This document shows positions 11,796-21,328 of a DNA stretch of 64,000 nt, piece after piece (within the stretch, counting starts at the first letter, position 1; each line of letters starts with the position of its first letter). This DNA is from Fimbriimonadales bacterium (GTDB lineage: Bacteria > Armatimonadota > Fimbriimonadia > Fimbriimonadales > JABRVX01): assembly GCA_045862955.1 (NCBI GenBank), contig BTVI01000004.1, forward strand, positions 1 to 64,000, written 5' to 3'. The notes beneath the pieces were generated by a model. It did no database searches. It was not told the origin of the DNA and saw only the letters and a list, made by a program, of their open reading frames with translations. The position numbers and the translations under genes are program-made.

Positions 11796-13862
11796 TTGAC
11801 GGCGCTTCCCGACGACGCCGAGAATGCCAAGAATGAGCAGATCGGCGAGCGCTCCGCAGGCACGGATGCCGCAGCGGACAGCCAGTTAGACACCCACGCA
11901 GAAGAGAGCTACACGGCCCGAGACCTCGAGGTGCTGCAGGGGCTCGAAGGCGTCCGCCTGCGACCCTCGATGTACATCGGCGACCCCAACATCCGAGGCC
12001 TGCATCAGCTTTTCAACGAGGTCGTCGACAACGCCGTGGACGAGGCCCTGGCCGGCTTCTGCGACCGCATCGAAGTCACGCTGATAGACGAGCGAACTTG
12101 CTCCGTCCGAGACAACGGCCGGGGATTCCCGATTGATATTCACGAGGAGACCGGCCTCTCCGGCCTCGAGACTGTCATGACGATGCTCCATGCGGGGGGC
12201 AAGTTCGGCGGGCGTGGCTACAAGGTCTCCAGCGGCCTTCACGGCGTGGGCGTCAGCGTCGTAAACGCGCTGTCTAAGTGGCTCGAAGTCGAAGTATGTC
12301 GTGACGGCGCCCTGTACAAGCAGCGCTACGAACGCGGCGTGACGGTGACTCCGCTCAAGAAACTCGGCAAGTGCCGCGAGCGCGGCTCGCTCGTGACATG
12401 GAGCGCCGACGAGACCATCTTCAAGGAGCACTGCTACGACCCCAAGTTGATGCTCGCCCGGATTCGAGACCTTGCGTATCTCAACCCCAAGCTCACCTTC
12501 GTTTGGCACGACAAGCTGCATGGCGAAGAGCCAATCACTATCCGGCACAAGCGCGGCATCAGCGAGCTAGTGGAGCACCTGAACGAAGGCAAGGACGTTC
12601 TCCACAAGGTCGTGTACTTCTCCCGCACTAGGGACGACGTGGAGATCGAGGTCGCGCTGCAGTACCACGACAGCTACTCGGAGTTGATCCTCACCTTCGC
12701 CAACAACATCAACACCACCGAGGGCGGTACACACCTCAGCGGCTTCAAGACGGCGCTAACGAGAGTGATCAACGCATATGCTCGAAAGACCGGCATGCTG
12801 AAGGACAAGGACCTCAACCTGACCGGAGACGACGTACGCGACGGGCTCACGGCTGTGCTCTCGGTGAAGCTCGCCAGCCCGCAGTTCGAGGCGCAGACGA
12901 AAATCAAGCTCACCAACTTCGAGGTCGAAGGACTGGTCAACTCCACGGTCGGTGAGGCCTTTGGCGAGTTCCTCGATGAGAACCCCTCGATAGCGCGCAA
13001 GATCGTGGAGAAGGGCTTGGTGGCTCGCAGAGCGCGCGAGGCCGCACGCCACTCCGCAGAGCTGGTGCGCAGGCAAAGCGGGCTCGAGCACCTCTCGATG
13101 CCAGGCAAGCTCGTGGATTGCATCGAGCGCGACCCCAGCCTGTGCGAGCTGTTCCTAGTAGAGGGCAAGTCGGCAGGCGGATCGGCAAAGGAGGGCCGTG
13201 ACAGACGCACCCAGGCGCTTCTACCGCTGCGCGGCAAGATTCTCAACGTAGAGCGAGCGCGCATCGATAAGGCGCTCGCCAACGAAGAGATCCGCTGCCT
13301 GATCACCGTCCTCGGCACGGGCATCGCCAACTCACACACCTCCTCGAATGGAGAAGAGGAGGACCCACAGAACGGCAGCTTCGACCTGAAGAAGCTTCGC
13401 TACCACAAGATCATCATCATGACCGATGCGGACGTGGACGGCGAGCACATCCGTACTCTGCTGCTAACCTTCTTTTACCGCTACATGCGACCGCTCTTGG
13501 AGGCGGGGCATGTCTACATTGCCCAGCCGCCTCTCTTCTGCATTCGCGCCGGCAAGGACGAGCGCTACTACGCCGCGAGTGAAGAGGACCGGGACGCCAT
13601 CGTGAAGTCACTGCGGGCCAAGAACAAGACCTGCACGGTGTCACGCTTCAAGGGTCTGGGGGAGATGAACGGACAGGAGCTGTTCGAGACGACGATGGAC
13701 CCCGAGAGCCGCACCATCCTGCGGGTCCAGTACGATCCAGAGGTAGACAGCGAGAGCGCTGAGGAGATTTTCAGCAAGCTGATGGGTGACAAGGTGGAGC
13801 CGCGGCGGGCCTTCATCGAGCGCCACGCTAAGGAGATTACCGATATAGACTGGGACTACTGA
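11796..13862 (+). CDS. gyrB: DNA gyrase subunit B
   Basis: VRLRPSMYIG, EVVDNAVDE, DNGRG, LHAGGKF, GLHGVGVS, LFLVEGKSAGGS, PLRGKILN, MTDADVDG, RFKGLGEM; TAGAAT 11759, AGGAG RBS, TTG start. Confidence 0.93.
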   Translation: MTALPDDAENAKNEQIGERSAGTDAAADSQLDTHAEESYTARDLEVLQGLEGVRLRPSMYIGDPNIRGLHQLFNEVVDNAVDEALAGFCDRIEVTLIDERTCSVRDNGRGFPIDIHEETGLSGLETVMTMLHAGGKFGGRGYKVSSGLHGVGVSVVNALSKWLEVEVCRDGALYKQRYERGVTVTPLKKLGKCRERGSLVTWSADETIFKEHCYDPKLMLARIRDLAYLNPKLTFVWHDKLHGEEPITIRHKRGISELVEHLNEGKDVLHKVVYFSRTRDDVEIEVALQYHDSYSELILTFANNINTTEGGTHLSGFKTALTRVINAYARKTGMLKDKDLNLTGDDVRDGLTAVLSVKLASPQFEAQTKIKLTNFEVEGLVNSTVGEAFGEFLDENPSIARKIVEKGLVARRAREAARHSAELVRRQSGLEHLSMPGKLVDCIERDPSLCELFLVEGKSAGGSAKEGRDRRTQALLPLRGKILNVERARIDKALANEEIRCLITVLGTGIANSHTSSNGEEEDPQNGSFDLKKLRYHKIIIMTDADVDGEHIRTLLLTFFYRYMRPLLEAGHVYIAQPPLFCIRAGKDERYYAASEEDRDAIVKSLRAKNKTCTVSRFKGLGEMNGQELFETTMDPESRTILRVQYDPEVDSESAEEIFSKLMGDKVEPRRAFIERHAKEITDIDWDY

Positions 13863-13889
13863 CGGCTGGGTCCGCTGCGGGATTCCGTC

Positions 13890-14226
13890 GTACCCGGCAT
13901 TTATTCTCTGTACCCTTCCGCGCGAGAGTGGCACAAAGCCCTCGTCAGAGAAAGGAACCTCGGGGAAGCCTCCAGCGTAGGACGCTGTGGAGATCGGACG
14001 AGCTCCATGCAGAACGATACCGGCAGATTGCCGAGCAGGCTCCCCGGTTTCTTCACCTAGTCCGGCACTCGCTCGGACCGAGCGGGGACGTCTTGTGTTA
14101 CGGTCGTGTACACAGCCAAAGCCGGCAAGAGGCAGATGAATAAGAGAAGGGTAGATAGGTCTGCCCCCCAAGGTAAGGAAGGTTGACTGCATGCATCCGG
14201 CCCGAATGGGCCGGATGCTTCGTTTC
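13890..14226 (+). ncRNA. Candidate large structured RNA (unrecognised class) ending in an intrinsic terminator
   Basis: Closing helix 13901-13910/14133-14143, helix 13961-13970/14038-14046, several nested hairpins, U-G wobbles favouring the plus strand; no convincing ORF. Confidence 0.45.
14193..14226 (+). terminator. Intrinsic terminator
   Basis: GCATCCGGCCC-GAAT-GGGCCGGATGC perfect 11-bp stem followed by TTCGTTTC. Confidence 0.8.
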
Positions 14227-14243
14227 TGGGGTAGAACATTCCC

Positions 14244-14531
14244 ATGGCCGCCCATCTAGGGCTAGCATTCGTCGGCTTGGCCCTCCCCGCGACGAGTTCG
14301 CTTAAGGAAAAACGCGCTATCATCCGGAGCGGCGTTGCGCACGTCCGGCACAAGTTCAATGTGTCGATCTCGGAAGTCGGGGCGCTGAACACCTACCGGC
14401 GGGCAGAGCTGGCGATCGCAGCGGTGACGAATTGCAAGCCTGTTACCGAAGCGGTCCTTCAGGACGCCGTTCGGCTGCTAGAGGGTGACCCGCGAGTTAC
14501 GCTCGAGGATCTCCATGTCGAGTTTCTTTAG
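14244..14531 (+). CDS. DUF503 / YlxP family protein
   Basis: SLKEKRAII..KFNVSISEVG; usual position upstream of rbfA. Confidence 0.9.
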   Translation: MAAHLGLAFVGLALPATSSLKEKRAIIRSGVAHVRHKFNVSISEVGALNTYRRAELAIAAVTNCKPVTEAVLQDAVRLLEGDPRVTLEDLHVEFL

Positions 14532-14540
14532 GACGAACAG

Positions 14541-14891
14541 ATGAAACAACGGCTGCCGGGAGTGGAAGCCGAACTGGCTCACCAAGTGGCAATCATCATC
14601 TCGAGGGAGATGTCGGATCCGCGTCTGGGCCTGGCCACGGTGACGCACGCCAAGGTTACGCCCGACCTGCAAACAGCCCGAGTCTTCGTGTCGGTTTTCG
14701 CGGAGCAGGAGCGCCAGCGGGAGGCAATCGCTTGTCTGCAACATGCGAGCGGGTTCATTCAACACCACCTAGCCAAGGCGATGCGGATGAAGCGGACGCC
14801 TCACCTGGTATTCGTACTCGACGACAGCACGGAGCGCGCCGTAGGTCTGACAAAGCTAATCCAAGACGCCGTGCGGAGTGACTCGGAGTGA
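14541..14891 (+). CDS. rbfA: 30S ribosome-binding factor A
   Basis: DPRL..TVT..VTPDLQTARVFVS, L..ASGFI, RTPHLVF..D. Confidence 0.93.
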   Translation: MKQRLPGVEAELAHQVAIIISREMSDPRLGLATVTHAKVTPDLQTARVFVSVFAEQERQREAIACLQHASGFIQHHLAKAMRMKRTPHLVFVLDDSTERAVGLTKLIQDAVRSDSE

Positions 14892-15856
14892 ATGCGCCCG
14901 CGGATGCCGCGGCGGCGCTGAGAGAGGCGCAGCGCATCGCGATCGGCTGCCACGTGAATCCCGACGGCGACACGATGGGCTCCGCGCTCGCGCTATCGTT
15001 CGCCCTGCAGTCTCTCGGAAAGGAGTCGTGTCTTCTCTGCCAAGACGCCGTGCCCGATAACCTGCAGTTCCTGCCCGGGTCCGAGCGTTTTCGCAGCGAC
15101 CCCGGGGGATTCCAGGCGGACCTGGGATTGCTAGTGGACCTCGAAGGAATGGGGCGACTCGGCCGGCTTGCCGACTACTTCGCATCACTGCCACGCTTAG
15201 TAACCGTAGACCACCACCAACCACAAGATGGGGTTGGAGACATTCGGGTTATCGACACGTCGGCCGCCTCCACCGCAGAGATCGCGTACCGCGTGATTGT
15301 CGAGCTGGGGCCTCACTCCAGCGCCGAAATGGCTACCGCACTTCTCACAGGGCTCGTGACGGACACGGGGGGGTTCCGCTTCCCCAACACCCGACCGGAG
15401 CACCTCGAGCTCGCGGCGCACTGGGCACGCTCGGGAGCCAATCTGGCATCCATCTTCGAGCACGCCTACGAGAACCGTAGTTTCGCGGCGCAACAGCTCA
15501 TGGGGCGCGCCCTGGCGGGTCTACAGCGGTCCCCCGATGGCCGCTCGGTGTGGGCCGCGCTCGCATACCGTGATTTCGAGGAAACCGGTTGCACCGATGC
15601 AGAGACGGAGGGCATCGTGTATCACCTTCGGGCCATTCGGGATGCAGAGGTGGCTGTGCTGTTTCGCGAGTCTCGGCCTGGGAGAATACGCGTCAGTCTG
15701 CGCTCCCGAGGTCAGGTAGACGTCGCCGCCATCGCACACAAACTGGGTGGTGGCGGTCACAGGAACGCTGCAGGCTGCTCGTTCGAGGGGTCGCTGGACG
15801 ATGCGGTAAAGACCACGCTGGCCGAGGTTTCTGCGTGGACGGATTCGTCGTCGTAG
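14888..15856 (+). CDS. nrnA: DHH/DHHA1 phosphoesterase (nanoRNase/pAp phosphatase)
   Basis: HVNPDGD, VDHH, TDTGGF, VSLRS, GGGGHRNAAG. Confidence 0.92.
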   Translation: MNAPADAAAALREAQRIAIGCHVNPDGDTMGSALALSFALQSLGKESCLLCQDAVPDNLQFLPGSERFRSDPGGFQADLGLLVDLEGMGRLGRLADYFASLPRLVTVDHHQPQDGVGDIRVIDTSAASTAEIAYRVIVELGPHSSAEMATALLTGLVTDTGGFRFPNTRPEHLELAAHWARSGANLASIFEHAYENRSFAAQQLMGRALAGLQRSPDGRSVWAALAYRDFEETGCTDAETEGIVYHLRAIRDAEVAVLFRESRPGRIRVSLRSRGQVDVAAIAHKLGGGGHRNAAGCSFEGSLDDAVKTTLAEVSAWTDSSS

Positions 15857-16701
15857 ACAAGCCTGCCGGAATCACTTCGCACGATGCGGTTGCTGCCATT
15901 CGGCGATCTCTCCGCACCAAGCGCGTCGGGCACGGTGGCACCCTCGATCCGCTGGCAACCGGCGTCCTAGTCATTGCCGTCGGCAAGGCTACACGCTTGC
16001 TCTCCTACCTCGTGCTGGAGCCAAAGCGATACGCTTTTCGCATGGTCTTCGGCGTGACCACCGAGACGCAGGACGCGGAGGGCCGAGTCGTGCAAGAGAA
16101 GGATGCTTCGGTCTTGACGCAGGAGGCGGTGGAGCACGTTTTGTCCGCATTCCGAGGTGAGATCCAACAGGCGCCACCCATGTATTCCGCAGTCCATCAC
16201 GAGGGCAAGCGGCTGTACGAGATGGCCAGGCGAGGGATGGAAGTGGAGCGGCAGCCGCGCACTGTGACTATCCATTCGCTAACACTCGACGCATTCGAAC
16301 CCGGACCGAGGGCAACTGCAGACCTGACGTGCGCGTGCTCTTCTGGCACTTATGTGCGCACCCTCTGTCATGATATCGGTGCCGCTCTCGGGGTGGGTGC
16401 GTACCTCGCGTCGCTGATGCGAACTGCGTGCGGCAGCTTCGACATCGCGGATGCGGTGCCACTCGACGAGATCACCGAAGCCACCCCACTGGTGCCGTGC
16501 CGCGATGCCCTATCGCACCTCGACGCGCTCATTCCCGCTCCAGCCGGTCTGGTCTCGATTCTTCACGGCAACCCCGTGCGGCCTAGCAGGCCACCGCAAT
16601 CCAAACACGTGTGCATTCTAAACGAACGCAAGGAGATGGTCGCACTTGCCGAGTTTCGAGCCTCGAAGCTACACCCGTTGGTAGTGCTTGCGCAGGAGTA
16701 A
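15835..16701 (+). CDS. truB: tRNA pseudouridine(55) synthase
   Basis: DKPAGITSHD, GHGGTLDPLATGVL, QAPPMYSA, GTYVRTL; GTG start 15835. Confidence 0.96.
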   Translation: MDGFVVVDKPAGITSHDAVAAIRRSLRTKRVGHGGTLDPLATGVLVIAVGKATRLLSYLVLEPKRYAFRMVFGVTTETQDAEGRVVQEKDASVLTQEAVEHVLSAFRGEIQQAPPMYSAVHHEGKRLYEMARRGMEVERQPRTVTIHSLTLDAFEPGPRATADLTCACSSGTYVRTLCHDIGAALGVGAYLASLMRTACGSFDIADAVPLDEITEATPLVPCRDALSHLDALIPAPAGLVSILHGNPVRPSRPPQSKHVCILNERKEMVALAEFRASKLHPLVVLAQE

Positions 16702-16703
16702 GC

Positions 16704-18869
16704 CTACGGCCCGAGCGCAGTGTCGGTCCTCGCTCGAAATCGCTCCCAATCCGTCATGCGCCTAGAACGCTCGCACACCTCCCGCAGGCTTTCGACGGAT
16801 TCGCGTGCTGCTTTGCGGATGCGGTCGCGTTCCCCTTCCGAGGGAGCTAGTCGGTTCAGGCGGGCCAGCGTCTCGAAGTAAAGGTCGATCACTTTTGCCG
16901 CACGCTCCTCGCTGATTGGCGCGAAGCGACCTCGCTCGATCACCATCGGATAGGTGACGCGGACGAATCCGGTGAGATCGTTGAACGCCCTCTGGTAGTG
17001 GCCGAGCGCCAGACGTATGTTGCCTTCCTGCTCGGCAGCCTCACCGAGTGCGGCATCCGCCTCTGCGTATACCGTCTCGACGACCTCTGGCACTGCACGC
17101 ACGGTGGCGTGCGTAGAGGCCCGAAGCCCGACGATGCGCTCTGCCACGCCGAGCCAATCCCCGCTTCCGAGCTCTTGGCGCGTTCTCATCAACCCACGGA
17201 GCGCTTCGGGTGAAAAGGGGTCTGCATGGACAGCCAGCAAAAACATGTCGGCGGCCCTCGACTGGTCCCCCGCAGCCTGGTAAGCCAGCGCCATCGCGGT
17301 GAACGCCTCCGAGGATGGTTCGCTGAGCATGGCTCGGCGGAAGTACCGATCGGCGGCTTCCTCCTCCCCCGCGGCCAGCGCGAGCCGACCAGCAGCTATC
17401 AGATACCGCCTGTCGTTCGGTGCCCACTCGAGCGCCGACTCGAAGCCGCGCCGCGCCCCGGCGTAGTCGGCCGACTCGAGTGCCGCCTGCGCTTGCACAG
17501 CGATCACGCCGGCTACCGCGCGAGTCACGAGCACTGCACTCAACAGTGCTCCGATGGCAGTCGCCCCGAGTGCAAAGCTGCGCCGTGGTAGCAGGACCGG
17601 CGTCGTTCCGTCTACCGCTAGCGCAAGACCGAGCCCTAACAGCGCCCAGAGCGTGAGGTTGATACTGAATAGATAGAGGTCGGAGTCGACGAGGTTGTGG
17701 ACGCCGGCTCCGACTGCCGCTGCGAGGATCGCCGAGCGAAGCAAGGGACGGCTAACCCCCAGCAAGAGGTCGTTGTCCTCCACCGGAGTCGCCTCTCGGC
17801 GAGCCACCCGAACCACCCACATTGCGCCGAGTGCGAAGAGTGCCAGTAGAGTAGGCAGTCCCGCTTCCGAAGCCACCTGCAAGTAGCTGTTGTGCGCTAA
17901 TCTCGTGAATCCTACCGACCCATACGGGCCTCTCGCCCAAGCGAACGTGCCGAGTCCGAAGCCCTCCAGCGGCTTGGCGCCTACCATACGCAGCGAGTCC
18001 TGCCATAGGTGGATCCGAAAGGCAGCGGAGTGGCCCTCCCCCTGACCTTCGGCGGCAATCACTCGCGCGGGACCGCCCCGGGACTGGAGAACTAACAACA
18101 AGATCACCATGCCCGCTGCGACGCCACCGCATCGCAGCAGCAGCCGTCCGTCCACCTCGCGATTCCACCAAGCGGAGCCCAGGAATGCTAGTGCAGCTAG
18201 GGCAAGAGCCAGTAGCCCGCCGCGCGATCCCGTCAGTACTATGGCGGCGAGGCAAAGGAACCCTAACAGCCCAGCCAGCACGGCACGAAGCCGCTCCGCT
18301 CGCGCAAGGAACGCCATCACCAGCGGCGCGATCATGACCAAGTAGCCGGCCAGGAAATCCGGATTGAAGAAAGTGCCGAACACCCGCCAGTTCGGCACGT
18401 CTCGGAACGTAGCAAGGTACTGCCTCACTGCCCACAGCGCCTCCAGCGCGCCTGCGAGCGCCAGGACTGCTCCGAGGGCGAGTGCATAGCGGCCCCGCCC
18501 CGTCACCCCCGTTACTACCAACATCGCACACAGGCAGGCCGACCAACGCACCAGCTCCGCAGATACCGCTGCGGGAAACGCCGTCGTGATACGTGACAGA
18601 ACGAGCAGCACCCAGAAGAGTAGGAAAGCGATGAGTATGGGGATGGCGGGCAAGCGGAATACTGGCATTCGCCATGCCGCAACGACGAAGGCGGCGAGCA
18701 TTGGCAATCCCGCGATAAGGTATCCCAACTCCGGTGCCGAGCCCGATGCTAGACCGGTGATTACTTCTGCACCTTCCACGGGCCACAGACCGAACGCGAA
18801 GTAGGAGGCTACGAAGGGCGCAAGAAACAGCGCTAGTGCTGCCAGCCACCACTCGACACGCGGCTTCAT
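16704..18869 (-). CDS. O-antigen ligase (Wzy_C) family membrane protein with C-terminal TPRs
   Basis: Many TM helices, GTFFNPDFLAGYL, TGSRGG, GFGLGTF, AHNSYLQ; ATGA overlap at 18866-18869. Confidence 0.88.
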   Translation of the reverse strand: MKPRVEWWLAALALFLAPFVASYFAFGLWPVEGAEVITGLASGSAPELGYLIAGLPMLAAFVVAAWRMPVFRLPAIPILIAFLLFWVLLVLSRITTAFPAAVSAELVRWSACLCAMLVVTGVTGRGRYALALGAVLALAGALEALWAVRQYLATFRDVPNWRVFGTFFNPDFLAGYLVMIAPLVMAFLARAERLRAVLAGLLGFLCLAAIVLTGSRGGLLALALAALAFLGSAWWNREVDGRLLLRCGGVAAGMVILLLVLQSRGGPARVIAAEGQGEGHSAAFRIHLWQDSLRMVGAKPLEGFGLGTFAWARGPYGSVGFTRLAHNSYLQVASEAGLPTLLALFALGAMWVVRVARREATPVEDNDLLLGVSRPLLRSAILAAAVGAGVHNLVDSDLYLFSINLTLWALLGLGLALAVDGTTPVLLPRRSFALGATAIGALLSAVLVTRAVAGVIAVQAQAALESADYAGARRGFESALEWAPNDRRYLIAAGRLALAAGEEEAADRYFRRAMLSEPSSEAFTAMALAYQAAGDQSRAADMFLLAVHADPFSPEALRGLMRTRQELGSGDWLGVAERIVGLRASTHATVRAVPEVVETVYAEADAALGEAAEQEGNIRLALGHYQRAFNDLTGFVRVTYPMVIERGRFAPISEERAAKVIDLYFETLARLNRLAPSEGERDRIRKAARESVESLREVCERSRRMTDWERFRARTDTALGP

Positions 18870-19753
18870 CGTCGAAGCCACCTAACGAAGGCGTCCCACC
18901 GGTTCTTAGCAATGAAGAGCGAGCCGCGCAACCACAGCCCCAGCGGCACCAAGGGACGCACGAGAGGCGACACCTTCCCTGCCTCATGCTTCTTGTAGTA
19001 GAGCCACATGCTATGGTGGAACATGCGGATCATGCGATTCGCCACCTGATCGGTGCTACTGCCAATCACATGCACCACTTCGCCGACCGGCACGTACCAC
19101 ACCTCCCAGCCCGCCTGGTGCGCACGCAGACACCAATCCACGTCCTCGCAATACATGAAGAACCGCTCGTCGAACCCACCAATTTCGGCCCGCATCTCGG
19201 CCCGCACCATCATCGCCGCCCCGGAAACCCAGTCCACTTGCCTCGGCTCGTCGTGGGCCCAGTCACGCATCAGATAGTCTCCCGTGAAGCGATTCCTGGG
19301 GAAAAGCCTTCCGAGGAGGGTGTTGCGAAAGATCGCAGCCTCTATGGTGGGGAAGCGCCTGCAAGAATATTGCAGGGTGCCATCGGGGTTGACGATGCGG
19401 GGCCCGACGATCCCCGCCCGTGGATGTTCGTCCGCGAACGCAACCAGACCGGCTAGCGTCCCGGGCTTCACGACCGCATCCGGATTGAGGGCAAGGAAAT
19501 ACCTGCCAGACCCCGCGTCCATCGCACGATTGTGCGCTGAGCCGAAGCCGAGGTTCTTATCGGACTCGATCAGGGTCACTTGCGGAAAGCACTCACGCAC
19601 CATGGCGGGACTACCGTCGGAGGAGTCGTTGTCGAAGACGATAATCTGCGTACGGGCCTCGTCCGACAACGCGAGCAGCGAACTCAGGCACTCCCGCAGA
19701 CGCTCACGGGTGTTCCAGCTCGCGATGGTCACGGTCAGGTCGAAATCCGTCAT
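18866..19753 (-). CDS. Glycosyltransferase family 2 (WbbL/rhamnosyltransferase-like)
   Basis: SWNT, DNDSSDGS, NLGFG..N, LNPD, VSGAAM, GGFDERFFMYCEDVD. Confidence 0.92.
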   Translation of the reverse strand: MTDFDLTVTIASWNTRERLRECLSSLLALSDEARTQIIVFDNDSSDGSPAMVRECFPQVTLIESDKNLGFGSAHNRAMDAGSGRYFLALNPDAVVKPGTLAGLVAFADEHPRAGIVGPRIVNPDGTLQYSCRRFPTIEAAIFRNTLLGRLFPRNRFTGDYLMRDWAHDEPRQVDWVSGAAMMVRAEMRAEIGGFDERFFMYCEDVDWCLRAHQAGWEVWYVPVGEVVHVIGSSTDQVANRMIRMFHHSMWLYYKKHEAGKVSPLVRPLVPLGLWLRGSLFIAKNRWDAFVRWLRR

Positions 19754-20588
19754 GCCATCCTTTGGCCCTCACCAACGCGCCGAGGATCACCGGTGGCACG
19801 ACGATCCAGTACAGCGGCGACCCCGCCCCCCATGGCAGGTGCTTCCGATAGTACCTGAGCAACGATAGGTGCGATTCCCACACCATCTGCGGGCGCACCT
19901 GCCGAGTCGAGGCTCCGCCGACATGCTCTACTTCGGCTGCCGGCTCGTACCAGGCTTCCAGCCCCAACTTCGCCGCCCGCAAGCACCAGTCTACATCGTT
20001 GAAGAAGATCGGGAACCGCTCGTCGAAGCCGCCGACGCGCTCCCAAGCCGTACGCTTCACCAACCAGCAGGTGGCCATCGGCTGCGGCACGCGTTGGGCA
20101 ACGCGGTAGTCCATCGTGCGCATCCGGTAAGTGCCGAAAGCACGCGGGAACAGTGCTGCCAAACCGACCGCATCCAGGACGACACCGAGCGGTGAGGGGA
20201 AATCTCGGCACGAGGCCTGGATGCTGCCGTCCGGCAGGATCAGCTTGGGTGCTGCCAAGGCTGTGTTCGCGTTCGCATGGAGGCGCGTCCGTAGAGCCTC
20301 GACACACCCCGGAAGCAGCCGTGTATCGGGGTTGAGGAACAGGAACTCGTCGCCCGTCGCCTTGCACGCCGCTAAGTTGTTGCCGGCTGCATATCCGTGG
20401 TTCTCCGCAAGCGCAACCAGTCTCACCTCCGGGAAGTTCTCCCTCACCATCGCCGCGCTGCTGTCGGTCGAGCCGTTGTCCACGACGATCACCTCGTGGG
20501 GCTCTACGCCGAATCCGACAGGGAGCGACGCGAGGCACTCCTCGAGCAGCTCACGGGTGTTCCAGTTGACGATTAGAACGGAGGTCAC
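19704..20588 (-). CDS. Glycosyltransferase family 2 (paralogue of the downstream gene)
   Basis: VNWNT, VDNGSTDSS, NHGYAAGNN, LNPD, GGFDERFPIFFNDVD; GTG start 20588. Confidence 0.9.
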   Translation of the reverse strand: MTSVLIVNWNTRELLEECLASLPVGFGVEPHEVIVVDNGSTDSSAAMVRENFPEVRLVALAENHGYAAGNNLAACKATGDEFLFLNPDTRLLPGCVEALRTRLHANANTALAAPKLILPDGSIQASCRDFPSPLGVVLDAVGLAALFPRAFGTYRMRTMDYRVAQRVPQPMATCWLVKRTAWERVGGFDERFPIFFNDVDWCLRAAKLGLEAWYEPAAEVEHVGGASTRQVRPQMVWESHLSLLRYYRKHLPWGAGSPLYWIVVPPVILGALVRAKGWHDGFRPDRDHRELEHP

Positions 20589-21235
20589 TAGGGAATCAAC
20601 TCGATCAGCTCGCGGACGGTCACGTCCGGTGGACACGGGGCGAACCACTCGGCCGTGCCACCCACGGGAATCACTCCCACGGTGCCCGCACCGACGTTCT
20701 TCCCGGCACGAACATCCATGTAGTGATCGCCGATCACGCACAGGTTTCGCCTGGGCATCCCGAGCGCGTCCACTACGGCCCACACATGCTCGGGCTCCGG
20801 CTTCACTCGATACACGCGATCCCTGCCCACGATGACGCGGACCGGCAGGCCAGTGTCCTGAACCATCTTCTCGGCTACTCGCTGGCTGTTCCGCGTGGCA
20901 ATCCCAACCGCAAGGCCTAAGTCGTCGAGAGCACGCAACAGCTCCATCGCCCCTCTGCGAAGCGACACACCTTCTGCATACTCGCCTTCGATGGCCTCGA
21001 ACTCTTCGAACGCGCGGCGAAGGAACTCCTCACGATGTGCAGTCGGGAGCCACTCCGAAACACGGTATGAGATGGCGAGGCTATCCAGTCCTTCGAGCGA
21101 CTCGACGGGATACCCTACCTCATCGGCCAACGCGATCGCCGCAGAACGTAGACGCGGGAACTCTATGTGCGAGAGGACCAGCGTTCCGTCGAGGTCGAAG
21201 ACTACCGTTTCGGAGCAGGCGAGCAAGGGGTGCAC
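20588..21235 (-). CDS. HAD-family hydrolase (phosphoglycolate phosphatase-like)
   Basis: FDLDGTL, ATRN, KPEP, IGDHYMDV; start uncertain (GTG 21235 or ATG 21247). Confidence 0.9.
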   Translation of the reverse strand: MHPLLACSETVVFDLDGTLVLSHIEFPRLRSAAIALADEVGYPVESLEGLDSLAISYRVSEWLPTAHREEFLRRAFEEFEAIEGEYAEGVSLRRGAMELLRALDDLGLAVGIATRNSQRVAEKMVQDTGLPVRVIVGRDRVYRVKPEPEHVWAVVDALGMPRRNLCVIGDHYMDVRAGKNVGAGTVGVIPVGGTAEWFAPCPPDVTVRELIELIP

Positions 21236-21305
21236 GGCGAGAAGCATACCCGCCCACAGAAGCAACGAGCCGCCGTCCGGACGGTCGGCGGCTACTCTGG
21301 CGATG

Positions 21306-21322
21306 GCCCTCACACGGAGGGC
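21306..21322 (-). promoter_or_regulatory. Candidate bacterial SECIS hairpin
   Basis: GCCCUC-CGUGU-GAGGGC starting 15 nt after the in-frame UGA; G at loop position 2. Confidence 0.6.
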
Positions 21323-21328
21323 ACGAAC

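Noticed and set aside
13940..14055. Hammerhead ribozyme on the minus strand (CUGACGA and GAAAC present)
   Set aside because: Stems I and II cannot be formed with the required geometry
13928..14143. 71-aa ORF in the gyrB-ylxP gap
   Set aside because: No RBS and no recognisable motif; the region is better explained by RNA structure (not fully excluded)
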